The notes under the pieces are model-generated. The model made no database searches. It was not told the origin of the DNA and saw nothing but the letters and a program-made list of their open reading frames with translations. DNA of 45,245 nucleotides from Gemmatimonadales bacterium. Lineage in GTDB: Bacteria > Gemmatimonadota > Gemmatimonadetes > Gemmatimonadales > GWC2-71-9. The stretch covers positions 1-45,245 of the forward strand of contig JANNGX010000129.1 in NCBI GenBank assembly GCA_031404115.1, given 5' to 3'. Every line of letters begins with the position of its first letter. Position 1 is the stretch's first letter. Shown here in pieces: positions 21,748 to 36,010 of the stretch. The translations under genes were made by a program, and so were the position numbers.

Positions 21748-21813
21748 TAGCCCTTCGTCGGCAGGCTCCATGCGCTTGCCGTACCACCCGCTCCCTTCGC
21801 CTCAGGATTCGCT

Positions 21814-22053
21814 GTGCCGAGAACCAAATCCGCCAAGAAGCAGATGCGGCAAACCAAGACGCACACCGCCCGGAATCGGGCCCAGCGCAGCGAGCTTCGC
21901 TCCGCGCTCAAGAAGGTCAAGGGAACCGGGACCGTTGAGGACCGCGCCAAGGCCGTGAAGCTCCTGGATCGTTCCGGGCGCAAGCGCCTCATCCATCCGA
22001 ATACGGCCGCCCGGATCAAGAGCCAGCTCGCGAAGGCGGGCAACAAGAAGTGA
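21814..22053 (+). CDS. rpsT: 30S ribosomal protein S20
   Basis: KSAKKQMRQ...RNRAQRSELRSALKK...LIHPNTAARIKS; AGGA RBS. Confidence 0.95.
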   Translation: MPRTKSAKKQMRQTKTHTARNRAQRSELRSALKKVKGTGTVEDRAKAVKLLDRSGRKRLIHPNTAARIKSQLAKAGNKK

Positions 22054-22160
22054 GCGGTGAACAGTGACCAGTGAGAGGAAAAGCAACGCGGGGGACTTCG
22101 AAGCCATTCGAAGTCCCCCGCCGAGTTTTCTACCGGTCACCGGTCACTGTTCACCGCTCA
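22051..22160. terminator. Long imperfect palindrome between convergent genes; probable bidirectional terminator/stability hairpin
   Basis: Perfect 15-bp stem GCGGGGGACTTCGAA/TTCGAAGTCCCCCGC (22088-22121) with short A/T tracts nearby; outer arms 22051-22074 and 22137-22160 are complementary at 23 of 24 positions. Confidence 0.75.
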
Positions 22161-23097
22161 CAACGCCGCGAGCTCCGCCCCGCACCGCTCGCAGTACCAC
22201 TCCGTCGGCCGGTTGAGCGACCCGCACTCGCCGCACTTCAGCGTCTTGGCCACCGTGGTGCTGGGCCGGTCCTCGCGATCGAGCGGGCTCACCGCGGTGG
22301 GGCGAGGCGCTGGGAGCGGGCCGGGCGCCGGCGGGGGAGTCCAGGGTGACGGACCGGAGAAACGTCAGCTCGTCTGTCTGCTGCTGCGGAGCCGGGGCGG
22401 GCGCGGGAGGCGACTGCGGAAACGGAATCGAGCGGTGAGCGCCGGATTCGCGCGGCTTGGGGGCTCCTCCACGAGGCACGAACCGCGGAGCCTCGGGGCG
22501 CGAAGGCGGCGCCGACGGAAGCTCGTCTTTCACCAGCGTCAGGGGCGGCTGCTCCATCTGCTCCGGGTGCATCGGCGGCATCTCGGTGCCGTGCGTCACC
22601 ATGAACTCCGGCTCGTGCACCGGGTGGTGGGGAGCCGGGGGCGCCGCAACCTGCTGGTGAGCGGGCTGAATCAGTGACTGCACCTCCTCGAGCCGGGCGA
22701 TCTCCCCGGTCAGCCGGTCGAGCTCCTGGTCGAAGCCTTCGATCTTGCCGGAGCTCTCCAGCTCCACCAGCTGCCATTCGTCATCGGTGTACTCGCCCAC
22801 CGAGTGCCGCAGCTCGGCTTCGGAGCGCACTTCAAGCTCCTCACCGCGAAGCTGGCCAAACTCCCGGGCCTGGGCCTTGAGGCCGTCGAGGGTCGAGGAG
22901 ATGAGGTCGGCGTGGGTTCCGAGCTGGGTGACCACCTGGGCAAGCCGGGCGCGGTAATCCGCGCGAACCTTGGCCCGTACCGACTCCGGTGCGCGCGCGC
23001 CCGACGAATCGAGGCGATCGAGCCATCCGGTCAGCTGCAGCCGGGAGCCCAGCAGGCTCTCGATTTCGGCGATGTTATGCGACTTCTGATCACTCAT
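22158..23097 (-). CDS. Coiled-coil protein with C-terminal C4 (RanBP2-like) zinc finger; one frameshift near 22300
   Basis: Coiled-coil N-terminus from ATG 23097 and a Pro-rich linker. Removing one base near GGGG 22299-22302 gives KTLKCGECGSLNRPTEWYCERCGAELAAL, ending at TGA 22158-22160. Confidence 0.75.
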
Positions 23098-23190
23098 GCG
23101 GACCCCCGGCAAAACACTGGAACACACTCCCCCAAGTCGTTCCAATGTAATGAATAAGCGCAATCGCGAAACGTGTAGGCTTCCTTACTG

Positions 23191-24489
23191 TCAAGAAATT
23201 GGACGATCTGATCGATTAAAGACCACTCGGCCCCCTACGATCGTCACATCTGCCTGTCCCAACAGCGTTTCGCCCAGGAAAGGGGAGTTGGTGCTCTTGG
23301 AGTGCAAATCCTCGCGTCGTACCGCCCATCGCCGTGTCGGATCGAACACGACGACGTCGGCCGGCGCGCCAATCGCGAGCGTCCCGCCCGGCAGGTGGAA
23401 AATTCGTGCCGGTACGGTGCTCATCCGCGCGATCAGATCCGGAAGCGGAAGCAGTCCCGGCTCGACCAGCTCCCGTAACGCCAGCCCCAGTGCCGTCTCC
23501 AGCCCGACGATTCCGTTGGGCGCCTCATCGAACTCCCGCTCCTTGGTATCGTAGTGGTGCGGCGCGTGGTCCGACGCGATGCAGTCGATCGTCCCATCGC
23601 GAAGGCCCTGCCGGATTGCCTCGCGGTCGGCCGCCTCGCGGAGCGGAGGATTCATCTTGGCGTTGGTGTCGTATCCCAGACACCGCTCGTGGGTGAGCGT
23701 AAAGTGATGCGGGGTGGCCTCGGCAGTCACGTTGAGGCCCTTCGCCTTGGCCCAGCGAATCAGCTCGACCGAGCCACGAGTGGACATGTGACAGAGGTGC
23801 ACGTGACCGCCGGTCAGCTCGGCCAGGATGATGTCCCGGGCCACCATGATCTCCTCGGCAGCCGAGGGAATCCCCTGGAGCCCGAGCCGCGCGGCAATGA
23901 GCCCCTCGTGCATGACGCCGCCGGTCGCCAGCGACATGTCCTCGCAGTGATCCGCCACCGGAATCCCGAAAGTGCGGGCGTACTCGAGCGCCGTGCGCAT
24001 CAGGTGGCTGGTGGCTACCGGCTTTCCATCGTCACTCACCGCGACGGCCCCGGCCTGGACCATTTCGCCGAATTCGGTAAGCTGCTCCCCTTTCTGCCCG
24101 AGCGACACCGCACCGATCGGATAGACCCGTGCCTTGCCGGCGCGAATGGCCTGGCGCACCACGAAGCCGACCGTGGCCTGGCTGTCGGTCACCGGGTCGG
24201 TGTTGGGCATCGCGCACACCGCGGTGAATCCCCCCGCCACCGCGGACAGGGCGCCCGTGGCGATGGTTTCGGCGTGCTCGAAGCCCGGCTCCCGCAGGTG
24301 AACGTGGAGGTCGATCAGTCCCGGCGCCACGACCTTTCCGGCCGCGTCCACCACCTCGACTCCGGGGTCCAGGGCAATGTTGCGGCCCACCGCCTCGATC
24401 CTGCCGTCCTTGATATACAGGTCGGCCACCCCGTCGGTGCCCCGCGACGGGTCGATCACCCGCCCGCCGCGAATCAAAAGCTCGGTCAT
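23191..24489 (-). CDS. pyrC: Dihydroorotase
   Basis: [32 protein letters not shown] and ASDHAPH; ATG 24489 overlaps the pyrB stop. Confidence 0.96.
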   Translation of the reverse strand: MTELLIRGGRVIDPSRGTDGVADLYIKDGRIEAVGRNIALDPGVEVVDAAGKVVAPGLIDLHVHLREPGFEHAETIATGALSAVAGGFTAVCAMPNTDPVTDSQATVGFVVRQAIRAGKARVYPIGAVSLGQKGEQLTEFGEMVQAGAVAVSDDGKPVATSHLMRTALEYARTFGIPVADHCEDMSLATGGVMHEGLIAARLGLQGIPSAAEEIMVARDIILAELTGGHVHLCHMSTRGSVELIRWAKAKGLNVTAEATPHHFTLTHERCLGYDTNAKMNPPLREAADREAIRQGLRDGTIDCIASDHAPHHYDTKEREFDEAPNGIVGLETALGLALRELVEPGLLPLPDLIARMSTVPARIFHLPGGTLAIGAPADVVVFDPTRRWAVRREDLHSKSTNSPFLGETLLGQADVTIVGGRVVFNRSDRPIS

Positions 24490-25451
24490 CGGTCGTCCCC
24501 CGGGGTGGGCGCCGAGCGCCAATCGGGCGCGCCGCCCGCAAGGAGGTAGAGAACCGCCATCCGGACCGCGACGCCGTTGGTGACCTGGGGCAGAATCACG
24601 CTGGCGGGCCCGTCGGCCACGTCGCTGTCGATCTCCACTCCGCGGTTCATCGGGCCGGGATGGAGGATCACCACCTCCCTGCCCGCCTTGGCCAGCCGCT
24701 CACGGGTGACCCCGAACACCCTGTTGTACTCGCGCAGCGAGGGGATGAATCCGGAGGACATCCGCTCGAGCTGCAGCCGGAGCACGTTCAACGCGTCGGC
24801 CCACTCGATGGCCTCTTCGATTCTGGGAAAAATCCGCACGCCCAGCTCGGCGAATTCCCGGGGGATGAGGGTCGCCGGGCCGCAGATGGCCACTTCGGCG
24901 CCCAGCTTGAGAAGCCCCCAGATATTGCTGCGGGCCACCCGGCTGTGCAGCACGTCTCCGCAGATGGCGACCTTGAGGCCCGCAATCCTGCCAAAGCGGT
25001 CCCGCAGGGTGAGCATATCCAGGAGGGCCTGGGTGGGATGCTCGTGTCGGCCGTCGCCGGCATTGATGACGTTGGAGCGGATCCGGTTTCCCAGGAACTC
25101 GGCCGCGCCGCTCGACGGATGCCGGATCACCACCATGTCGATCCGCATCGCCTCGAGATTGCGGGCCGTATCCACCAGCGTCTCTCCCTTGGAGACCGAG
25201 GAGCCGGTGGTGGCCACGTTCACCGTATCGGCGGAGAGACGCTTCTCGGCGAACTCGAACGAGATTCGGGTGCGGGTGGACGCTTCGAAGAAGAGATTGA
25301 CGATGGTCTTGCCGCGGAGGGCCGGCACCTTCTTGATGGGACGCTCGCTCACTTCCTTGAAGGGTTCCGCGGTATCGAGGATCAGGAGGATCTGGTCGGC
25401 CGTGAGGTACTCCAGCCCCACCAGGTCCTTGCCAAGCACGGGGGGACTCAC
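24486..25451 (-). CDS. pyrB: Aspartate carbamoyltransferase catalytic subunit
   Basis: [42 protein letters not shown] and [11 protein letters not shown]. Confidence 0.97.
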   Translation of the reverse strand: MSPPVLGKDLVGLEYLTADQILLILDTAEPFKEVSERPIKKVPALRGKTIVNLFFEASTRTRISFEFAEKRLSADTVNVATTGSSVSKGETLVDTARNLEAMRIDMVVIRHPSSGAAEFLGNRIRSNVINAGDGRHEHPTQALLDMLTLRDRFGRIAGLKVAICGDVLHSRVARSNIWGLLKLGAEVAICGPATLIPREFAELGVRIFPRIEEAIEWADALNVLRLQLERMSSGFIPSLREYNRVFGVTRERLAKAGREVVILHPGPMNRGVEIDSDVADGPASVILPQVTNGVAVRMAVLYLLAGGAPDWRSAPTPGDDR

Positions 25452-25978
25452 AGCGGCGCTCCGCGTATCAGATCGACGGCATCGTGTCCATCGAGCTCAA
25501 GCACCGCAACGTCCACCCGGTCGTCGCCCCCGGTGTCCACGGTGAGGCCCACGAAATCGGCCTGGATCGGCAGTTCGCGCCCGCCCCGGTCTACCAGCAC
25601 ACAGAGCAGGATGCGGCGCGGACGTCCGAAGTCGGCCAGCTCGTCGAGGGCGGCGCGGATCGTGCGCCCGGTGTAGAGCACGTCGTCCACGATGACGACG
25701 GTGCGGCCTTCGAGCTCGGCGGGGAGGCTGGTGACCCCTACTCGGGGAACCGGTCCGACCGCGGAGAGGTCGTCCCGGTAGAGGGTGATGTCCAGTTTGC
25801 CCAGAGGGACCTGCCCGATCAGGGCAGCCAACCGGGCGGCGAGCTCCACCCCCCGCCGCTGGATACCCACCAAAACCAAGCCCTCGGTCCCCCCGCATTT
25901 CTCAATGACCTCACCGGCAATACGCTCGAGGGAGCGCGCCATGGCGGGGGCATCGAGGAGCCGGGTGACCGAGGGCAT
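25448..25978 (-). CDS. pyrR: PyrR-family uracil phosphoribosyltransferase/regulator
   Basis: [26 protein letters not shown] and [14 protein letters not shown]; pyrR-pyrB-pyrC order. Confidence 0.92.
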   Translation of the reverse strand: MPSVTRLLDAPAMARSLERIAGEVIEKCGGTEGLVLVGIQRRGVELAARLAALIGQVPLGKLDITLYRDDLSAVGPVPRVGVTSLPAELEGRTVVIVDDVLYTGRTIRAALDELADFGRPRRILLCVLVDRGGRELPIQADFVGLTVDTGGDDRVDVAVLELDGHDAVDLIRGAPL

Positions 25979-26043
25979 ATCTCGGGCTGAGAAGCTAGTC
26001 CGACCATGGATCACCCGCAACCATGAGCCCTGGCCTGGCCCGC

Positions 26044-26072
26044 TTGAAGGTCGAGGTACGGGGGGATACCTT
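26044..26072 (+). promoter_or_regulatory. Possible sigma70-type promoter for the solute-binding protein gene
   Basis: TTGAAG-N17-TACCTT upstream of a GAGGA RBS and TTG 26126. Confidence 0.45.
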
Positions 26073-26125
26073 CGCGATGCAGGACGAATCCCTGCCGCCA
26101 TAGCGCCCCCCGTCCCGAGGACCCA

Positions 26126-26794
26126 TTGAGACTGCCGCTGTGGCCTGCCCTCGCGACCCTCACGCTGCTTGGTTGCCGCCCCGAATCCTCTCGCGCAGGG
26201 CGGCTGGTGGCCGCGCTCACCAGCGATCCGGGGCACCTGAATCCCGCCATCACCACCCAGGGCGGCGTCCACACCGCCGCCTCCCTGCTCTACGACGGGC
26301 TCGTGGAACTCGACGAGAACCTCCAGCCGGTTCCCGGCCTCGCAAAGAGCTGGACCATCGAGGACAATGGGGCCCGCTATCGCTTTAACCTCCGGCGGGA
26401 CGCTCGCTGGCACGACGGACGTCCCTTCACCTCCGCGGACGTCAAGTTTGGGTTCGACAGCGTATTGCTCCGGTTCCACGCGCGTACCCGCGCCTCGATG
26501 GGCGCCGCCATCGCCTCGATCGATGCACCCGATGATTCGACCGTCGAGTTCCGTTTCAAACAGCCGTACGCCATCCTGCTCCAGCAGCTCAACGTCGTCG
26601 AAGCCCCGATGGTCCCGCGTCACCGCTTCCAGAACACCGATCCCGCGACCAACCCCGCGAACCGGGCCCCGATCGGAACCGGTCCCTATCGGTTCGTGTC
26701 CTGGACGCCCGGAGCGGAGATTCGTTACGCCGCCAATGCGGAGTACTTCGGCGGGAAGCCCGCCATCGCCATTGTGCTGCGGCTGATTCCTGAC
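26126..26794 (+). pseudogene. Truncated family-5 (DppA/OppA-like) ABC solute-binding lipoprotein
   Basis: Lipobox LLGC, LYDGLV, PGLAKSW, WHDGRPFTSADVKF, PIGTGPY and YFGGKP..RLIPD. Similarity stops at about residue 223 and the frame then runs antisense into the ATPase; no permease or ATPase partner genes follow. Confidence 0.75.
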
Positions 26795-26967
26795 GGCGGT
26801 TTACGTACGCGCGATCCCCTCCCTTCACGTAGACGGAGTTCCCGATGCAGAAGTCCATCGTCCGGCTGCTTGCGGTCGCCCTGCTCGCCTGATGTCCCCC
26901 TTGCCTCGATCTGCGAGCCGCTGGTACGGCTCACTCCCGATCATCAGGTAGCCCCGTCGCCGGCAAT

Positions 26968-28899
26968 TCACGATGGGAGTATCGGGGCGCCAATACCTGG
27001 CGATTCATGCCGTGCGGCCACGGGCAGGTGGATCTTCACCCGCAGGAGCTTCACGGAATTCAGAAACACCAGGATGTCCGGCCCCAGATGGATCAGGGCG
27101 GCTTCCACGGGGCCGATGAGGCGAAGCAGCGCCGCAGTAATGCCCAGCACGTGCACCACCCCGACGCCGACGAAGAGGTTCTCCTTGATGGTCCGGTACG
27201 CCCGCATTGCGATTGCCCGGGCCTCCACGATCTTGCCCAGATCGTCGGTCATGAGGGCCACGTCCGCCGCCTCGAGCGCCGCCTGGGTTCCTCCGACGCC
27301 CATGGCGATCCCCACGTCGGCAGCCGCCAACGCCGGCGCGTCGTTAATTCCGTCTCCCACCATGGCCACAACGTACCCCTCGGTGTGGTACCGGCGAATC
27401 AGCGCCACTTTGGCATCGGGCAGCAGGTCCGCTTCCACCTCGTCTACACCGAGCTCCGTCCCAATTCGGAGGGCGACCGCATGGTTGTCTCCCGAGAGCA
27501 TGACGACCCGCCGGACCCCGCTGGCCTTGAGCTGGGCGATGACCTCCTTTGCGCCAGGACGAGCGGCATCTGCCAACCGGATCCGGCCGATCGCGCGGCC
27601 GCCCGAGGCGAGGTAGATAGCCGTCTGGCCCCCGGCGCCGGCGCGTTCCGGAACCCGAACCCCATTCTCGTTGAGAAAGGCCGGGTTCCCCGCCAGGACC
27701 TCCACTCCCGCTAGCTGGGCACGCACGCCGCGGCCGCTCACCACTTCGAACGCGTCAGGCTCGGCGATCGCCACGCCTTTCGCTCTGGCGTACACCAGCA
27801 CCGCCTCAGCAAGCGGATGGCTCGAGCGCCGCTCCGCAGCCGCGGCGAGCTCCAGCAGCCTGGTGTCGGTCATCGTGTCATCGAACCGGTCGATCCCGGT
27901 GACTTCCGGCCGGCCCACCGTGAGCGTTCCGGTCTTGTCCAACGCCACCAGGTCCACTTTGGCGAGCGTCTCCAGGAAGAGCCCGCCCTTCAACAGGATG
28001 CCACCCCGGGCCGCCCGCGCGATGGCCGCGATGACTACCAGCGGGGTGGCCAGGCCGAGCTCGGCCGGTGACGTGAAGATGAGCAGCGTAATGATCAGCC
28101 GGATGTCCCGGGTTGCGATAAACACCACAATGAGAAAAACCAGCACCACGGGAATGAGCCACGCCGCGACGCGGTCGGCCAGCTTCTGCACCGGAGCCCG
28201 CTGCTCCTCCGCCGTCTCGACCAGCGCCACGATCCGGGCAAACATTGTATCGCCCCCGACCTTCTGGGTCTCGACATCGAGCGCGCCCAATTCGACGACG
28301 GTCCCGGCGAATACCGTCGCGCCCGGGGCTTTTTCCTGAGGAATACTTTCCCCGGTAATGGGCGCCTGGTTAACGGAGGCCTGTCCGGTGCGCACCACTC
28401 CATCCACCGGGATCTTCTCGCCGGCCCGCACGATGACGATGTCGCCCGGGCGGACGCTCGCGACCGGCATGTCGAGATCACCCTCTGGCCGGCGGACCAG
28501 CGCGGTGGCCGGCACCGAACCAATCAGCGCTTTGATGGAGGCGCGCGCCCGCTCGGTGTTGAGCTCGGCGATCAGCTCGGCGATGAGAATAATCGTCATG
28601 AGGATCGCCCCGGCCACGTACTCCCGACCCGCCATGGCGATCAGTGTGGCGAGTGTCACGAAGATCTCGGTGCCGATCTTGTGCTCGCGCACCAGGTCGA
28701 GCACCCCGGTCTTGACCAGCGGATACAGCCCGAGGGCCACGGCACCAAACAGGACCGGCAGCGGCACGACACCCTGCTGAAAAAGCAGCACGACGCCGCC
28801 GACGAGGAGAATGCGCGCGATCTCAATCCAGCGATCGCGGGTCAGCAGCGTCCGGAACGATGGGCTGGAAGGACCCACCCCGTTACCTCTCGTCCGCAT
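26968..28899 (-). CDS. P1B-type (heavy metal) ATPase with non-canonical SPAE membrane motif
   Basis: TGES, DKTGTLT, SHP, SGD and GDGINDAP present; IFTSPAELGLATP stands in place of CPC; no N-terminal metal-binding domain. Confidence 0.9.
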   Translation of the reverse strand: MRTRGNGVGPSSPSFRTLLTRDRWIEIARILLVGGVVLLFQQGVVPLPVLFGAVALGLYPLVKTGVLDLVREHKIGTEIFVTLATLIAMAGREYVAGAILMTIILIAELIAELNTERARASIKALIGSVPATALVRRPEGDLDMPVASVRPGDIVIVRAGEKIPVDGVVRTGQASVNQAPITGESIPQEKAPGATVFAGTVVELGALDVETQKVGGDTMFARIVALVETAEEQRAPVQKLADRVAAWLIPVVLVFLIVVFIATRDIRLIITLLIFTSPAELGLATPLVVIAAIARAARGGILLKGGLFLETLAKVDLVALDKTGTLTVGRPEVTGIDRFDDTMTDTRLLELAAAAERRSSHPLAEAVLVYARAKGVAIAEPDAFEVVSGRGVRAQLAGVEVLAGNPAFLNENGVRVPERAGAGGQTAIYLASGGRAIGRIRLADAARPGAKEVIAQLKASGVRRVVMLSGDNHAVALRIGTELGVDEVEADLLPDAKVALIRRYHTEGYVVAMVGDGINDAPALAAADVGIAMGVGGTQAALEAADVALMTDDLGKIVEARAIAMRAYRTIKENLFVGVGVVHVLGITAALLRLIGPVEAALIHLGPDILVFLNSVKLLRVKIHLPVAARHESPGIGAPILPS

Positions 28900-29196
28900 C
28901 CCGAATCTTGATCGCGGACTCGACCGGCAGCACAAAGATCTTGCCGTCTCCTCCCCCACCGGTATGCGCGGTGCGCTCGATCAGGCGGACCACGGCCGGC
29001 GCGAGCGCAGTGGGCACCACGATTTCAAGCTTCGTCATTTCGACTTCCTCGAACACCGCCTCCGGCTCACGGGGATAGCGCCGCCCGAATCCTCGCACCG
29101 TCGAGACCGTCACGCCGGGAAGGTCCGGCACCGTGTGCAGTGCATGCAGGACCTCCGGCAGCCGTTCCGGACGGATGATGGCTTTGATCTCTCGCA

Positions 29197-29197
<1 letters not shown>
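28883..29197 (-). CDS. PII-like protein (metal-efflux-associated type)
   Basis: MREIKAIIRP, VTVSTVRGFGR, KLEIVV, AHTG..GDGKIFV and IKIR; start overlaps the czcA stop; T-loop shortened. Confidence 0.9.
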
Positions 29198-33889
<4,692 letters not shown>

Positions 33890-33893
<4 letters not shown>

Positions 33894-35362
33894 TCCTTGC
33901 CGGGGCGAGCCGGCGGAACGGCGGACCGATTCAGGGGCTCGCCAATGAGCCGCTCCACATCCGCGGCGGCCTTGTGATACTCGGAAAGCGCGCGCAAATA
34001 TTGGCCACCGGCGCCGATCAAGGTGCGCTGCGCGTCCAGAACATCGAGATATTCAAACTTTCCCAAACGGTACCCTTCAGTGACGGCTTCGAACGCCTGC
34101 TTGGAGCCCGGGAGCACTGTTTCGCGCAAGGCGGTCAGCTCCTCATGCGCGCTGGCCAGGGCTCGATACGCCTCGGCGAGGGCCGCCGAAACCCGTGCCT
34201 GGGAGGCGCGTCGCTCCTCGTACGCTTTGCCAAGGCGAAGGCTGGCTTCCTGGACACTGCGCCCGTTAAAGTCGAAGATCGGCAACGCCACCGCAGCGCC
34301 GAACAGCAGCGAGCTGCCGGTAAGACCGGCAAACCGCCGAAAACCGGCAGTCACCGACACGTCGGGCACCCGCCTGGACCGCTCCAGAGAAAGCGCGCTT
34401 TGCCGCTGCGTGATTTCGGCGGTCCACCGGGCCAGCTCCGGCGTTTCGGCCAGCCGGACCTTCAATTCGGGAAGCGCGGGCAGCTCGGCGACCTCCCGCA
34501 GATCGCCGATGGCGGCTTGGAAGCCGGCCTCCGTGCTGCCCCACGAGGCCGCCAGCCGTCCCCGGCTTGCCTCCAGCAGCCGGCGCGCGCGGCCCGATTC
34601 CACCCGTACGCCCGCGAGCGCCACCTGAGCCTTGGTTTGCTCGACCGGGGAAACCACACCGGCGATGACACGGGCACCGACGCTCTGCTCCACCTGTTCC
34701 ACGAGCCGGGTCGTTTGGTCGGTCAGGGCGACCAGTTCCTGGGCCATGAGAACATCGATGAAGCGACGGGTCACCTGGGTGAGGACATCGATACGGGCGA
34801 TCTCATAGTCCCACCCCGCCAGATCCCGGTCCAGCGCCGCAAGTTTCCTCCGCGCGGCACGCTTCCCTCCCAACTCGACCAGTTGGCTGAGCTGAACGGT
34901 CGTTTGAGGCTGAACCACTCGCTGATTTCCGGTGCCGCCGGCGAGAGACGATGTTGCCCCCACGTCCTCAGCCAGTACTCCAAGTACCGGGTTCGGTAGC
35001 CGGCCCGCCTGGAACGCGCGCGCCTCGCGCGCCCGGATTTCCCACGCAAAGGCCGCCAAGTCGGGACTGTGGAGGAGAGCGAGCGCGAGCGCGTCCCGGA
35101 GGGAGATGTCTCCCAGGGGATTCTCAAAGGCCGGCCCCTCCGGACGTCCCCTCTCCCCACGCGATGGTTGATAGACGGGTACATCTCGGCCCAGCAGCCG
35201 GGGGGTCGCGGCCACACCGGGTGGACTCGACCGCGGGGCACACGCGGAGAGTGTCAACACGATGCTGAGTAATACACAGGCATGGTCGGCCGTCCTGGTC
35301 GACACCCCGATTCGCGAAGGCAGAATCCCGGGCGCCGCCAGCCTGCAAATCCAAGAGGACAT
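33890..35362 (-). CDS. czcC: CzcC/TolC-family outer membrane factor
   Basis: LPNP, SQLVELGGKRAAR, LPIFDFN and YRLGKFEYLDVLDAQRTL; lipobox LSAC; start uncertain. Confidence 0.88.
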
Positions 35363-35502
35363 ACCCGATCCACAGCGATAGACCCCGGGTCGCCCCAGGG
35401 TATGTCATTGCCAAGCTGGCTCGGCGGCATACCGATGCCGTTCGCTTGCAAGGGACTTCGAGTGGCTGAATGAAGGCTCGGGTGCGCCGAAGGCCGGCAC
35501 CC
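35358..35502 (-). promoter_or_regulatory. Structured leader between the RAPP gene and czcC
   Basis: GACATACCC (35358-35366) pairs with GGGTATGTC (35398-35406), covering the candidate czcC AUG; further hairpins at 35425-35440 and 35480-35502. Confidence 0.4.
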
Positions 35503-35511
35503 AGAGGCAGG

Positions 35512-35907
35512 CTAGGTCAGAGGAGGGGCGCGAGGTTGGGGTGTGCCGCCCTTGGGCGGGCTCGCGCGGGCGGAAACGCTGGAAAAAGAGGGGAGCCGAA
35601 CGGCGACGTCCTCGAGCGGGAGCACCGCGATACTGGCGGATAAGGCCGCGACGGCCACGAGCGGGCCCGCGAAGGGCCTTACCGGCGCCTGGAAGACTGG
35701 GTGCCCATGCCCACCGTGCTCGGCGAACGGCAACACCGCCGGGACCCCGGGGCGAGCAGCGTCCGGCGCAGGCTCCCATGCCTCGTGCAAGTCGTGGGGG
35801 GTCTCGGCATGAGCGACCGCGTGCCCGATCTCCCAGGCGGGCTCACAGAGCGCCGCCCCGAGCAACAGGGCGACCGAAGCAACTCGTAACGCACGCGGTT
35901 TGAGCAC
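35512..35907 (-). CDS. His-rich exported leader protein ending in PRAPP (DUF2946/CzcI-like position)
   Basis: Signal-like RALRVASVALLLGAAL; HAVAHAETPHDLH and EHGGHGH; C-terminus QPRAPPLT*; directly upstream of czcC. Start GTG 35907 is tentative. Confidence 0.7.
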   Translation of the reverse strand: MLKPRALRVASVALLLGAALCEPAWEIGHAVAHAETPHDLHEAWEPAPDAARPGVPAVLPFAEHGGHGHPVFQAPVRPFAGPLVAVAALSASIAVLPLEDVAVRLPSFSSVSARASPPKGGTPQPRAPPLT

Positions 35908-36010
35908 GACGCAATCTATCTGGAGCGGATGAGGAAGGGCAAACTCCCCCTTGCCCGTCGGCGGGATGGCGGAGTGTTCCTCAAGTGGCGGGCCTGGGGG
36001 AATTGGATGG

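Noticed and set aside
22051-22160. Possible mini-CRISPR or MITE
   Set aside because: The repeats are inverted and heptameric with no spacers or cas genes, and no transposase is present in the window.
23189-23194. Perfect TTGACA on the minus strand at the pyrC stop
   Set aside because: No convincing -10 at 16-18 nt spacing, so no promoter was called.
25979-26125. pyr attenuator or riboswitch
   Set aside because: No PyrR-binding loop, terminator with U-tract or recognisable aptamer.
26795-27616. 3' half of the 496-aa ORF as a full-length solute-binding protein
   Set aside because: The length looks right by chance, but this part is antisense to the ATPase and lacks SBP features.
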